NCBI GenBank assembly: GCA_039803205.1
Contig: JBDRYB010000014.1
Location: 4,939-48,341 of the forward strand
From: a candidate division WOR-3 bacterium
GTDB taxonomy: Bacteria; Hydrothermota; Hydrothermia; JBDRYB01
Direction of reading: 5' to 3'
DNA length: 43,403 bases
Position numbers and translations under genes: made by a program. Of this stretch, positions 18,724 to 28,035 are shown piece after piece (the first letter of the stretch is position 1; every line of letters starts with the position of its first letter). The notes under the pieces are model-generated. The model made no database searches. It worked only from the letters and a program-made list of their open reading frames with translations, and was not told the DNA's origin.

Positions 18724-19327
18724 TTTCTTCCTTCCGCCGGCTTGCTCTGGTTGCGGAGCCGGAGGGGTGGATTTGCTCTGTGACTCTTGCAGGAATGAGC
18801 TTTCGGGGCTTTTTGGAAAACACCTGAAGTCAACCGAGGGCATTGAAATACTCGGGGGGTTCCCCTACGAGGGGCCAGTAAGGAATCTTGTGGTTGACTT
18901 CAAGTATCACGGGATAAGGGGCATTGCAAAAGAAATGGCCCTTTTCATGGCAGAGAGGATAAACGGCCTCGGCATAAATTCCCTCGTTCCGGTCCCAATT
19001 CACAGGGGGAAGATAAGGGAGAGAGGCTATTCCCAGACCGCGCTTTTGGCAAGGGAAATATCAAGGATAACCGGCATCCCTGTCTGCGACTGCGTGAAGA
19101 GAAGGCGCTATACGGTCGCGCAGGTGGAGCTTAGGGGCGAGGAGAGGCTCAGGAACCTCGCCGGAGCCTTTGTCTTCAAGGGCCCTGTCCCAGAGGAACC
19201 CGTTGCAATCGTGGATGATGTAGCAACCACAGGAACAACCATATCTGAGGTATCCAGAGTCATCCCAGCAACCAGGAAGATAGGCCTTGTTTTTGCCATA
19301 GCTGGGGAGGGCCAGGATGCGCGTTAG
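18686..19327 (+). CDS. comF: ComF family protein (Zn ribbon + phosphoribosyltransferase)
   Basis: LDFFLPPACSGCG...LCDSC, FKYHG, VPVPIH, ERGYSQ, IVDDVATTGTT. Confidence 0.88.
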   Translation: MRFARDALAGLLDFFLPPACSGCGAGGVDLLCDSCRNELSGLFGKHLKSTEGIEILGGFPYEGPVRNLVVDFKYHGIRGIAKEMALFMAERINGLGINSLVPVPIHRGKIRERGYSQTALLAREISRITGIPVCDCVKRRRYTVAQVELRGEERLRNLAGAFVFKGPVPEEPVAIVDDVATTGTTISEVSRVIPATRKIGLVFAIAGEGQDAR

Positions 19328-19519
19328 AAGAATAGTGCTGGTCTCTGATTTCACCGATGAGATGGCCGCGGCCATCTCATACCTTGAGAGGATCACGCGA
19401 AAGAGGCTGGCGTCCGGGTTATTCAGCTCGCTGTCCACGAGTTTAACCAGCCTGCCATCGGTTTTTATGAGAAAAAGGGGTTCAGGACACTGATGCGAAA
19501 AATGATTAAGAGGATCTAG
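19317..19519 (+). pseudogene. Chimeric remnant: universal-stress-protein-like N-terminus joined out of frame to a GNAT acetyltransferase C-terminus
   Basis: ATG 19317 reads MRVRRIVLVSDFTDEMAAAISYLERI; another frame from ~19392 reads HAKEAGVRVIQLAVHEFNQPAIGFYEKKGFRTLMRKMIKRI-stop (19519). Confidence 0.65.
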
Positions 19520-20908
19520 ATGGAAACCAGCAAACCTGTGAGCAAAAATGTTGTCCTTTTCATAACGGCAACCAGCTCATTCCTGACCCCTTTGATGGGC
19601 TCCGCGGTGAACCTGGCCTTGCCAGCCTTGGGGAAAGAATTCGGGATGGACGCTGTTACCCTGGCCTGGGTCTCCACAGCTTATTTGCTTTCAGCCGCGG
19701 CTTTCCTGGTGCCTTTTGGCAGAATAGCTGATATATTTGGGAGGAAGAAGGTCTTTCTCTTTGGGATAGCTACCCTGACCATCACATCGCTTTTTTGCGG
19801 ATTTGCCCCCTCATCCGGGTTTCTCATACTCTTCAGGGTTCTCCAGGGCTTAGGCGGCGCCATGATCTTCGGGACAGGGGTGGCAATACTCACCTCGGTG
19901 TATCCGAAAGAGGAGCGGGGCAAGGCTCTTGGGATAAATACCGCGTCGGTCTATCTTGGCCTATCCGCAGGGCCATTCTTGGGCGGTATCATAACCCAGT
20001 ATCTCGGTTGGCGCTCTGTATTTTTCATGAACCTTCCCATATGCCTTTTTATAATCGCCATGGTTCTTTGGAGGCTCAGGGGCGAGTGGGCTGGCGCGAG
20101 GGGTGAAAGGGTGGATATCCTCGGCTCTTTGGTTTATGCCCTATCAATAACGGGCTTCATCTATGGATTATCTCACATGCCGTCCGCGCTCGGTGGAGTG
20201 CTCATAGGTTGTGGGATTCTTGGGTTCATGGGTTTCATAATTTGGGAACTGAGGGCGAAAAGCCCTGTTCTTGATGTAAGGCTATTCGGCCTAAACAGGG
20301 TTTTTGCCATGTCAAACCTCGCGGCGCTGATAAACTACGCCGCGACCTTCGCCGTTGGTTTTCTAGTGAGCCTTTACCTTCAATATGTCAAAGGCCTGAG
20401 CCCGCAGTTCGCAGGTATAGTAATGATCTCCCAGCCGGTTGTTCAGGCCGGATTCTCTCCTGTTTCAGGAAGGCTTTCTGATAGAATAGAGCCGAGGATC
20501 GTCTCCTCAGTTGGGATGGGCCTTTCGTCCCTCGGGCTCCTTCTGATGGCATTCGTTACCAGGACAACCCCTTTGGGGCTGATTATCCTGAACCTCATCG
20601 TCCTCGGCCTCGGTTTCGCGCTCTTCTCCTCGCCGAACACCAACGCGGTAATGAGCTCCGTAGAGCAGAGGTTTTACGGCGTCGCGTCCGGAACACTCGG
20701 AACAATGCGCCTCGTGGGCAACATGCTGAGCATGGCAACAGTGATGCTCATTTTCGCGATAATAATTGGCAAAACCCAGATAACCTCCCAAACAACGGAG
20801 ATCTTTCTGAGGAGCATGCGGGTTGCTTTCTTTCTTTTTTCGGGGGTGTGCGCGGCAGGCGTTGTCCCATCAATGGTCAGGGGAAGGGTCAGAAATCAGC
20901 CTGTATAG
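19520..20908 (+). CDS. MFS transporter, DHA2 (EmrB/QacA-like, 14 TM)
   Basis: VNLALP, GRIADIFGRKK motif A, RVLQGLG, ERGKALG, GPFLGG, WRSVFFMNLP. Confidence 0.92.
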   Translation: METSKPVSKNVVLFITATSSFLTPLMGSAVNLALPALGKEFGMDAVTLAWVSTAYLLSAAAFLVPFGRIADIFGRKKVFLFGIATLTITSLFCGFAPSSGFLILFRVLQGLGGAMIFGTGVAILTSVYPKEERGKALGINTASVYLGLSAGPFLGGIITQYLGWRSVFFMNLPICLFIIAMVLWRLRGEWAGARGERVDILGSLVYALSITGFIYGLSHMPSALGGVLIGCGILGFMGFIIWELRAKSPVLDVRLFGLNRVFAMSNLAALINYAATFAVGFLVSLYLQYVKGLSPQFAGIVMISQPVVQAGFSPVSGRLSDRIEPRIVSSVGMGLSSLGLLLMAFVTRTTPLGLIILNLIVLGLGFALFSSPNTNAVMSSVEQRFYGVASGTLGTMRLVGNMLSMATVMLIFAIIIGKTQITSQTTEIFLRSMRVAFFLFSGVCAAGVVPSMVRGRVRNQPV

Positions 20909-21934
20909 GGTATCCCTTTTGGCTGGCCTGAAACCAGAGGCCTCTATGAGCTCTCTTATCTCGGATTCGGTCGCTGTAAGCCTATGGCCAGCTGATCGCA
21001 TGACATTCTCCTCAACCAGAAGGGAGCCGAGATCATCTGCCCCATAATGCAGAGCGAGTTGGCCTATCTCCTTCCCCTGTGATGACCAGGATGCCTGGAT
21101 GTGCGGGAAGTTATCAAGATAAAGCCGGGATAGGGCGATTATCCTCAGATAGAGGGTGGGAGATGCTTTTGGCAGATGCGCGAGCCGGGTGTTCCCGGGC
21201 TTGAAGTCCCAAGCTATAAAAGCTGTGAAACCCCCTGTCTCATCCTGAAGTTTCCGTATAGCTTCAAGGTGTCCCACGATCTCTTCTGGCCATTCCCCGA
21301 CCCCAAACATCATGGTGGCCGTTGTCTTGAATCCTATTTTGTGTGCCTCTCGCATTATGCGAATCCAATCCTGGGCCGAGAGCTTGCGCGGGCTGAGAGC
21401 GTTTCTCAGCCTTTCCGAAAGGATCTCGGCTCCCCCGCCCGGAATCGTCCTGAGGCCAGCGCTCCAGAGCTCTAGGAGCGCCTCTCTCGTTGAAATCCCC
21501 TCTTTCTCAGCAACAAAGCCTATCTCTGGGGGGCTAAAAGCGTGAAGATGGATGCGGTATTTCCTTGCCCTTCTGACCATCTCAAGCATGTAATTTAGGG
21601 AAATATCTGGGTTAAGACCTCCTTGAAGCAGAACCGTCGTGATTCCAGAGGCCTCAGCGTCTCGAAGCCTTTCCTCATATTCCTCAAGGCTCATGGTATA
21701 GGACTCAGGATGCTCGTGCGACCTCCAGAAAGCGCAGAAAGAGCAACGGGAGGAGCAGACATTGGTGTAATTGATGTTCGTATCAACTATGTATGTGACC
21801 CTCTCCGGATCGTTTAGGCGACATCGGAGCTCGTGCGCGCGGGAACCAAGAATGTGCAAGGGTTCTTCAAAAAATAGCCTGAGGCCCTCGGAGGGGGAGA
21901 GCCTCCTTCTCATCCGGAGACCTCTGAGCGACAT
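20870..21934 (-). CDS. mqnC: Cyclic dehypoxanthinylfutalosine synthase (radical SAM)
   Basis: VTYIVDTNINYTNVCSSRCSFCAF, LLQGGLNP, IPGGGAEIL, HIQASW, GADDLGS..EENV; clustered with mqnA and mqnE. Confidence 0.88.
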   Translation of the reverse strand: MSLRGLRMRRRLSPSEGLRLFFEEPLHILGSRAHELRCRLNDPERVTYIVDTNINYTNVCSSRCSFCAFWRSHEHPESYTMSLEEYEERLRDAEASGITTVLLQGGLNPDISLNYMLEMVRRARKYRIHLHAFSPPEIGFVAEKEGISTREALLELWSAGLRTIPGGGAEILSERLRNALSPRKLSAQDWIRIMREAHKIGFKTTATMMFGVGEWPEEIVGHLEAIRKLQDETGGFTAFIAWDFKPGNTRLAHLPKASPTLYLRIIALSRLYLDNFPHIQASWSSQGKEIGQLALHYGADDLGSLLVEENVMRSAGHRLTATESEIRELIEASGFRPAKRDTLYRLISDPSPDH

Positions 21935-21936
21935 CC

Positions 21937-22680
21937 CTATACCCCAAGCAGTTCCCTGAACCTCGTGAGGCCCTGTTTCTCAGCTGGTCCCATCCTGTAG
22001 GTGAATCCCTTTATGTATGAGACCGCCTCTGCCTGAGAAAGCCCAAGCTTGCGCCTCTTTTCCTCAACGAGCCCAAGCAGGTCGTTGAGGTTTGCCGTGA
22101 GGGCAAAGGCGAGGTCCCTAGCGAGCTCTGAGGCCTGCGTCTCGTCAACATCCCCCCTTATAACCCATATCGCATAGACAAACGGAAGGCCAGTCCAATC
22201 ATACCAGAGCTCCCCGAGGTCATATGCCTTGTAGCCCGGGAAGGACCTAAGCCTCTTTCTCAGATAAAGCGCTTCGTCCCCTATGGAGAGATACGCGATG
22301 GGCCTTGAATAGAGATCGTCCTCTGTGTAGACAAAATCATTGACACCAAAGGCCTTCCTGAGAAGAACATCAAGGAGAGCGGATGATGTCGCTGTTTGCT
22401 TTGTTATGCCTATCTTCTGGCCAGCAAGCCCGCTGATCTCAACCCTTGAAAACAGGAGCACGCTCCTCACAGCCCCCCTCGCGGCAACGCAGAAATCCTT
22501 CAGCGGAAATACCTTACCCTCCATGGCGAAATATGTCGCGGATGGCATGATCGTAGCGTGCACGAGGCCGGCCGAGACCACAGCGCCGGCATCGCGGGGC
22601 ATTATTGGCACGAGCTTGTAGCCCACGAGGCCCCTGAAAAATGGGTCAGAGTTGAGATAGGGTATTCTGCCCAGGATCAT
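21937..22680 (-). CDS. mqnA: Chorismate dehydratase (futalosine pathway)
   Basis: GRIPYLNSDP, GAVRSVLLFS, TATSSALL, IGDEAL, DLGELWYDWTGLPFVYAIW. Confidence 0.92.
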   Translation of the reverse strand: MILGRIPYLNSDPFFRGLVGYKLVPIMPRDAGAVVSAGLVHATIMPSATYFAMEGKVFPLKDFCVAARGAVRSVLLFSRVEISGLAGQKIGITKQTATSSALLDVLLRKAFGVNDFVYTEDDLYSRPIAYLSIGDEALYLRKRLRSFPGYKAYDLGELWYDWTGLPFVYAIWVIRGDVDETQASELARDLAFALTANLNDLLGLVEEKRRKLGLSQAEAVSYIKGFTYRMGPAEKQGLTRFRELLGV

Positions 22681-23699
22681 AGGAGGTTGTAAAGCCCATC
22701 CCTCTTTACAGGAACCCCACCTGCCCAGCGAATTATCTCTTTGACTTCATCCTCAGCGAGGCCAAAGGGGCTTTCGGCGCCGGCCGAGTGCGCGACCCGC
22801 TCATGGCCGACCGTGCCATCGAGATCGTCCGCTCCAGAACAAAGGGCAACCGCGGCGAGACGAGGCCCGGTCATTATCCAGTAGGCTTTTATGTGGGAAA
22901 AGTTATCGAGAAACAGCCTGCTTATGGCTATCACGCGAAGGATCTCCTGGGATGAGAGAGGCTTTACCCCTTGGCCCAGAGGATTGTTCCTTCTCTGGAA
23001 TGGTAGGGGAACAAAGCACATAAATCCCCCTGTTTCGTCCTGAAGCTCCCTCAAGAGCTCAAGGTGTCTGATTATCTCATGCCTGGTTTCCCTGTGGCCA
23101 AAGAGCATAGTAGCGTTTGATCTGATGCCGAGCGAATGCGCCTCCTTGTGAACCCTGAGCCAGGTCTCCGGGTCAGCCTTCCGTGGGAATAGTTCACGGT
23201 GCAGGCGCTCAGAAAGGACTTCTGCCCCTCCCCCTGGCAGTGCATCCAGGCCAGCATCCTTAAGGCGCCCCAGAACATCAATCGTATTCATGCCCTCCTT
23301 ATGTGCTATGAATGCTATCTCCGTGGCCGTAAAGCCCTTCAGGGTGATCCGAGGGTTTCTCTCCTTTATTCTCCTTATCATCTCCTCGTAATACCCTATT
23401 CCCAGCTCCGGATTGAGGCCGCCAGTTATGTGGAGCTCAGTGAGGCTGTTCCCGACCGTGGAAAGAACCTCCTCCACGCTGAGAGTTTGGGAGCTCTCCC
23501 GGTCCCTCCAAAAAGCGCAAAAACCGCATCTGGAGACGCAGTAATCCGTGTAGTTTATGTGGAGGTTCAAGGAGTAGTAGACCCTCTCTCCGTGGAGCGA
23601 GAGCTTAGTCCTGTGGGCTTCCTGAAGGAGCTCGTGAAGGCCCGCGTCAAAAAGCCCAAGCGCTTCCTTTGGGGAAAGCCTCTGGGAAACATAGGGCAT
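22677..23699 (-). CDS. mqnE: Aminofutalosine synthase (radical SAM)
   Basis: NLHINYTDYCVSRCGFCAF, ELHITGG, KGFTATEI, LPGGGAE, SNATMLFGH, HIKAYW, GADDLDGTV; start placed at ATG 23699. Confidence 0.88.
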   Translation of the reverse strand: MPYVSQRLSPKEALGLFDAGLHELLQEAHRTKLSLHGERVYYSLNLHINYTDYCVSRCGFCAFWRDRESSQTLSVEEVLSTVGNSLTELHITGGLNPELGIGYYEEMIRRIKERNPRITLKGFTATEIAFIAHKEGMNTIDVLGRLKDAGLDALPGGGAEVLSERLHRELFPRKADPETWLRVHKEAHSLGIRSNATMLFGHRETRHEIIRHLELLRELQDETGGFMCFVPLPFQRRNNPLGQGVKPLSSQEILRVIAISRLFLDNFSHIKAYWIMTGPRLAAVALCSGADDLDGTVGHERVAHSAGAESPFGLAEDEVKEIIRWAGGVPVKRDGLYNLL

Positions 23700-23788
23700 C
23701 AGACTGAGATTATAAAGGCCCAGAACCATAACCTGCCAACTGTTTTGGTTGCGAGAGCACGCGGTTTTTCTTTATATTTTCAAGCTCA

Positions 23789-25108
23789 ATGAGAAAGAGA
23801 GTTCTCATCCTTGGAGCCGCAGGAAGGGATTTCCACAACTTTAACATGGTTTTTAGGGCCAGGCCCGAATATGAAGTGGTTGGCTTTACCGCGACCCAGA
23901 TACCGGGCATAGCTGGGAGGGTCTACCCGCCTGAGCTGGCAGGGGAGCTCTATCCGAAGGGAATCCCCATTTACAGCGAAGAGCAACTTGAAGAGATAAT
24001 CCGGGACAAAGGGGTTGACCTCGTTGTTTTCGCGTATTCCGACATAACCCATGAGCATGTCATGCACACAGCCTCAAGAGCCCTTTCGGCCGGAGCCAGC
24101 TTCATGCTTCTCGGACCCCGTGAGACAACCCTGAAATCGTCAAAGCCGGTTGTCGCAATATGCGCTGTTAGAACGGGTTCGGGAAAGAGCCAGACAACGA
24201 GGCATGTCGCGAGCGTGCTTGAAAGCCACGGCAAGAGGGTCGTTGTGATCAGGCACCCAATGCCATATGGAGAACTGAAGGAGCAGATATGCCAGCGCTT
24301 CGCTTCACTTGAGGATCTCGTTCGGCATAATTGCACGATTGAGGAAAGGGAGGAGTATGAACCCCACATAAACGCTGGCAGGGTCGTGTATGCTGGGGTT
24401 GATTACGAGATGATACTCCGCGAGGCCGAGAAGGAAGCCGATGTCATACTTTGGGATGGGGGGAACAACGATTTCCCGTTTTATCAACCCGATCTCCTTG
24501 TGGTTGTTGCCGATCCCCTTCGCCCCGGCCACGAGCTCCTTTATCACCCAGGAGAAACCGTCCTCAGGATGGCGGATGTCGTTCTCATCAACAAGGTGGA
24601 TTCGGCCCCCCTAGAGGGGATAAACGCGGTCGCGAACTCAGCGAAGAGCGTGAACCCAAAAGCAGAGATAATCCTTGCCGCGAGCCCCGTGTTCGTAGAA
24701 GACCCCTCGGCCGTGAGGGGCAAAAGGGTCCTGGTCATAGAGGATGGGCCCACCCTCACCCACGGAGAAATGGGATACGGTGCTGGATGGGTCGCGGCAA
24801 CCCGTTTCGGAGCGGCAGAGATCATAAGCCCGGTCCCATATGCAGTTGGGTCAATATCTGAGGCATACAGAAAATACCCGCAGGTCAAGGATGTCCTACC
24901 AGCGCTCGGATATTCCCCACATCAGCTAAAGGAGCTTGAGGCCACGATAAACGCGTCTCCGGCGGAGCTGGTTTTGTCAGCCACGCCCATAGACCTGGGG
25001 AGCCTCATAAATGCCAACAAGCCCATAATGCGCGTGCGGTATGAGCTGCAGATCATAGGCAGGCCGAACCTTGAGGACGCGCTCAGAACAAAGGGGCTCA
25101 TAGACTAA
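23789..25108 (+). CDS. COG2403 P-loop protein (cyclic 2,3-diphosphoglycerate synthetase-like; probable arginine synthetase ArcE homologue)
   Basis: ILGAAGRDFHNFN, FTATQIP, AVRTGSGKSQT, RHPMPYG, TIEEREEYEP, WDGGNNDFPF, EDGPTLTHG. Confidence 0.8.
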   Translation: MRKRVLILGAAGRDFHNFNMVFRARPEYEVVGFTATQIPGIAGRVYPPELAGELYPKGIPIYSEEQLEEIIRDKGVDLVVFAYSDITHEHVMHTASRALSAGASFMLLGPRETTLKSSKPVVAICAVRTGSGKSQTTRHVASVLESHGKRVVVIRHPMPYGELKEQICQRFASLEDLVRHNCTIEEREEYEPHINAGRVVYAGVDYEMILREAEKEADVILWDGGNNDFPFYQPDLLVVVADPLRPGHELLYHPGETVLRMADVVLINKVDSAPLEGINAVANSAKSVNPKAEIILAASPVFVEDPSAVRGKRVLVIEDGPTLTHGEMGYGAGWVAATRFGAAEIISPVPYAVGSISEAYRKYPQVKDVLPALGYSPHQLKELEATINASPAELVLSATPIDLGSLINANKPIMRVRYELQIIGRPNLEDALRTKGLID

Positions 25109-25235
25109 GTCCATCCGAACAGCTTAACACCGCACGCTCATCCTCACCAGTGTCCTTGGTTTAACTCACTCTCTTGAACCCTGGGAGAGAAGCGAGCGTT
25201 TGCGATTCATGCGGGAACTGGGTTATAATCTGCTC

Positions 25236-26336
25236 ATGACTGACCCAAGAGTGGAAAATCTTGCGGATATTTTGGTTGACTATTCCCTGGAGATCAAAAA
25301 GAACGACCTCTTCCGGATAACCGCTGGCATAGAGGCAGAGCCATTGATCAAGGAGGTATACCGGAAGGCGCTTGAGCGAGGGGCACATCCCTTTCTCAGG
25401 CTATCGCTTCCGGGGCTTTCTGAGATATATTACAGGCACGCATCGGACGAGGAGCTGGAATACCTCTCAGAGATAGCTATGTTTGAGGTTGAAAGGATAA
25501 GCGCTTCCCTCGCTATATGGTCTGAGCTGAACACGAGGGAGCTAACCAACATCTCCCCTGATAAAACCAGCAAACACCATAAAGCACAGGCACCTTTGAT
25601 AAAAAGGTATTTTGAGAGGGCGGACTCCCGCGAGATCAGGTGGTGTGGAACCCTTTTCCCGACACCATCCTTTGCCCAGGAGGCTGAGATGGGGACAGAG
25701 GAATTTGAGGATTTCGTATTCTCAGCGTGTTTCGCGGACAGGCCTGAACCCATAGCTGAGTGGAAAGCAGTGCACGAGCGTCAGGAAGAGCTGAAAGGGT
25801 TCCTGGACAGGGTTTCTGATATGCACATAGAGGGCAGGGAGATCGACCTTCGGATAAAGGTAAAAGGCAGGTATTGGGAGAACTGCGACGGCAAGAAGAA
25901 CATGCCGGACGGCGAACTCTTCACCTCGCCCGTGGAGGACAGCGCGGAGGGAGTGGCCTATTACCCTTACCCGAGCCTGGCTGGAGGCCGCCTCGTTGAG
26001 GGCGTGAGGCTTGAATTCAAAGAGGGCAAGGTCGTCAAGGCCTCTGCTGAAAGGGGCGAGGATTATCTCCTCAAGAACCTTGACTTGGATGAGGGCGCGA
26101 GGTTCATAGGGGAGCTGGCCTTTGGGACGAACCCTTATATCCAGAGGATAACGAAGAACATACTCTTTGATGAGAAAATAAAAGGGACGATGCACATGGC
26201 ACTTGGAAAGGGTTTTCCTAACCTGGGTGGGAAGAACGATTCCATACTTCACTGGGACCTCCTCCTTGATATGCGAGAGGGTAGGGTAACCGCGGATGGC
26301 TCGGTAATTTACGAAAACGGGGAGTTTAAGGTCTGA
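25236..26336 (+). CDS. Thermophilic metalloaminopeptidase (M29, AmpT/AmpS family)
   Basis: MTDPRVENLADILVDYS, AQEAEM, NMPDGELFTSP, IGELAFG, LFDEKI..HMALG, HWDL; ATG 25236 lies 6 nt after TATAAT. Confidence 0.93.
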   Translation: MTDPRVENLADILVDYSLEIKKNDLFRITAGIEAEPLIKEVYRKALERGAHPFLRLSLPGLSEIYYRHASDEELEYLSEIAMFEVERISASLAIWSELNTRELTNISPDKTSKHHKAQAPLIKRYFERADSREIRWCGTLFPTPSFAQEAEMGTEEFEDFVFSACFADRPEPIAEWKAVHERQEELKGFLDRVSDMHIEGREIDLRIKVKGRYWENCDGKKNMPDGELFTSPVEDSAEGVAYYPYPSLAGGRLVEGVRLEFKEGKVVKASAERGEDYLLKNLDLDEGARFIGELAFGTNPYIQRITKNILFDEKIKGTMHMALGKGFPNLGGKNDSILHWDLLLDMREGRVTADGSVIYENGEFKV

Positions 26337-26426
26337 TCCAAAGAACAATTCTTCCGATTCGGTTTAGGATAGGACTCGCACATGCGAACAGGCGCAGAGA
26401 CCTACTCCTGCATTATAATCTTCCGA

Positions 26427-27059
26427 GTGAAGATAATCCTTCTAGGCCCGCCAGGAGCGGGAAAAGGGACCCAGGCCGCGCGCCTTGAGAGGGAGTTCGG
26501 TTTCAGGTGGGTCTCCGTGGGCGATATGCTCAGGAAACACGCGGCAGAAGGGGTAGAATTGGGCAGAAAAATAAAGTCATTCCTGGATAAGGGGGAGTTG
26601 GTTCCGGATGAGATAATCATGGAGCTGATAGAAAAAAGCCTTTCTCACGAGAACATAATCTTTGATGGGTTTCCCAGGAACCTTAACCAGGCGAAGGCCT
26701 TGGATGCGCTCCTGGCCAAGAGGAACGAAGGGATTGACGCAGTTGTCCTGATTAGCGTTCCGGAGAAGGAGCTGATAAAAAGGCTCACGGCAAGGAGGGT
26801 GTGTAGCAATTGTGGGGAAAACTACAACCTCATAACGAAGCCGCCGAAAAACGACAATAGGTGTGATATATGTGGAGGACTTTTGTATCAAAGGGAGGAT
26901 GATAACGAGGAGACCGTCAAGCGGAGGCTTGCAGTCTACCATGAAGCCACGAAACCCCTCATTGACTTCTACAGCAAAAGGGGCAACCTGATCGTCATAA
27001 GGGGCACGGGTAGCCCGGACGAGATATATGTGGAGCTGAAAAAGGCGCTTGAGCTTTGA
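26427..27059 (+). CDS. adk: Adenylate kinase (Zn-LID type)
   Basis: LLGPPGAGKGTQA, GELVPD, FDGFPRN, CSNCG...CDICG, QREDDNEETV; GTG start. Confidence 0.96.
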   Translation: MKIILLGPPGAGKGTQAARLEREFGFRWVSVGDMLRKHAAEGVELGRKIKSFLDKGELVPDEIIMELIEKSLSHENIIFDGFPRNLNQAKALDALLAKRNEGIDAVVLISVPEKELIKRLTARRVCSNCGENYNLITKPPKNDNRCDICGGLLYQREDDNEETVKRRLAVYHEATKPLIDFYSKRGNLIVIRGTGSPDEIYVELKKALEL

Positions 27060-27805
27060 TAATCCTGAAGTCAAGGCTTGAAATAAAGGGCATCAGAAGG
27101 GCCGCGGCGTCTGCCAGGAGGGTTCTTGATTTCGTAAACCCTCATATCCAGCCCGGAATCACCACCAAGGAGATAGAGCGCCTCGTCCACGATTTCATAG
27201 TGAAGGAGATCGGCGCAGTTCCGACTTTTCTAGGCTACAGGGGATTCCCAGCCTCTTGCTGTATATCCCTGAATCACGAGGTCGTCCACGGCATCCCATC
27301 CGAGAAGGTGATAATAAAAGAGGGCGATCTCGTTAAGCTTGATGTGGGGGTAACCATTGATGGCTATGTGGGGGATGTGGCTGACACATTCATCGTTGGA
27401 AAAGTAAAGCCTCAGACCGAGCTCCTCGTTAAGGCTACCAAGGAGGCATTCTACAAGGCACTTGAGGTCATGAGGCCCGGGAACAGACTGGGGGACATAG
27501 GCCACGCGATTCAGTCCTATGTTGAGGGATTTGGGTTTTCCCCTGTAAGGGACCTCGCTGGGCACGGGGTTGGGTTGCACCTGCACGAGGAACCGCTTGT
27601 CCCGAACTACGGCACCCCTGGCACAGGGCCGGAGCTGAGGCCCGGCATGACCCTTGCCATAGAACCCATGATAAACATGGGAACCTGGAAGGTAAAGACC
27701 CTTGAGGACGGCTGGACAGTGATCACAGAAGACGGAAAACCTTCCGCGCATTACGAGCACGATGTTTTGATAACGGATGGGGAGCCGGAGATCCTCTCTC
27801 TGTAG
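27056..27805 (+). CDS. map: Type I methionine aminopeptidase
   Basis: CISLNHEVVHGIP, KLDVG, GDVADT, GHGVG.LHEEP, AIEPM, SAHYEH. Confidence 0.96.
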   Translation: MIILKSRLEIKGIRRAAASARRVLDFVNPHIQPGITTKEIERLVHDFIVKEIGAVPTFLGYRGFPASCCISLNHEVVHGIPSEKVIIKEGDLVKLDVGVTIDGYVGDVADTFIVGKVKPQTELLVKATKEAFYKALEVMRPGNRLGDIGHAIQSYVEGFGFSPVRDLAGHGVGLHLHEEPLVPNYGTPGTGPELRPGMTLAIEPMINMGTWKVKTLEDGWTVITEDGKPSAHYEHDVLITDGEPEILSL

Positions 27806-27998
27806 GGATATAGTGAGCCTCCGTTCTTCACCATGAACCGAGTGCCGCAGCATTTCAGGATTCCGGATCACCTAAAGGCACCCTGAAGGGTATAGAACTG
27901 AGTAATTCCCACCGGGAAAGCGTTTCAGATTCACGCAGGACCTGGGCTGAAAAGCCTTTTCGAGTTTGGGTAAAGCTATTCTTGTAGCTATCGCGAGC

Positions 27999-28028
27999 TT
28001 GATCCCCATCCTCCATCTGTTTTATAAT
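27999..28028 (+). promoter_or_regulatory. Putative his operon promoter
   Basis: TTGATC (27999-28004), 18-nt spacer, TATAAT (28023-28028), 7 nt before ATG 28036. Confidence 0.7.
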
Positions 28029-28035
28029 TTTCGGG

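Noticed and set aside
25722..27871. Long antisense ORFs (208, 165 and 213 aa) opposite the aminopeptidase, adk and map
   Set aside because: Shadow frames of well-conserved genes with no recognisable motifs
27806..27998. About 190-nt gap after map as a possible T-box, riboswitch or RNA gene
   Set aside because: No T-box consensus or recognisable RNA fold; it lies upstream of the predicted his promoter
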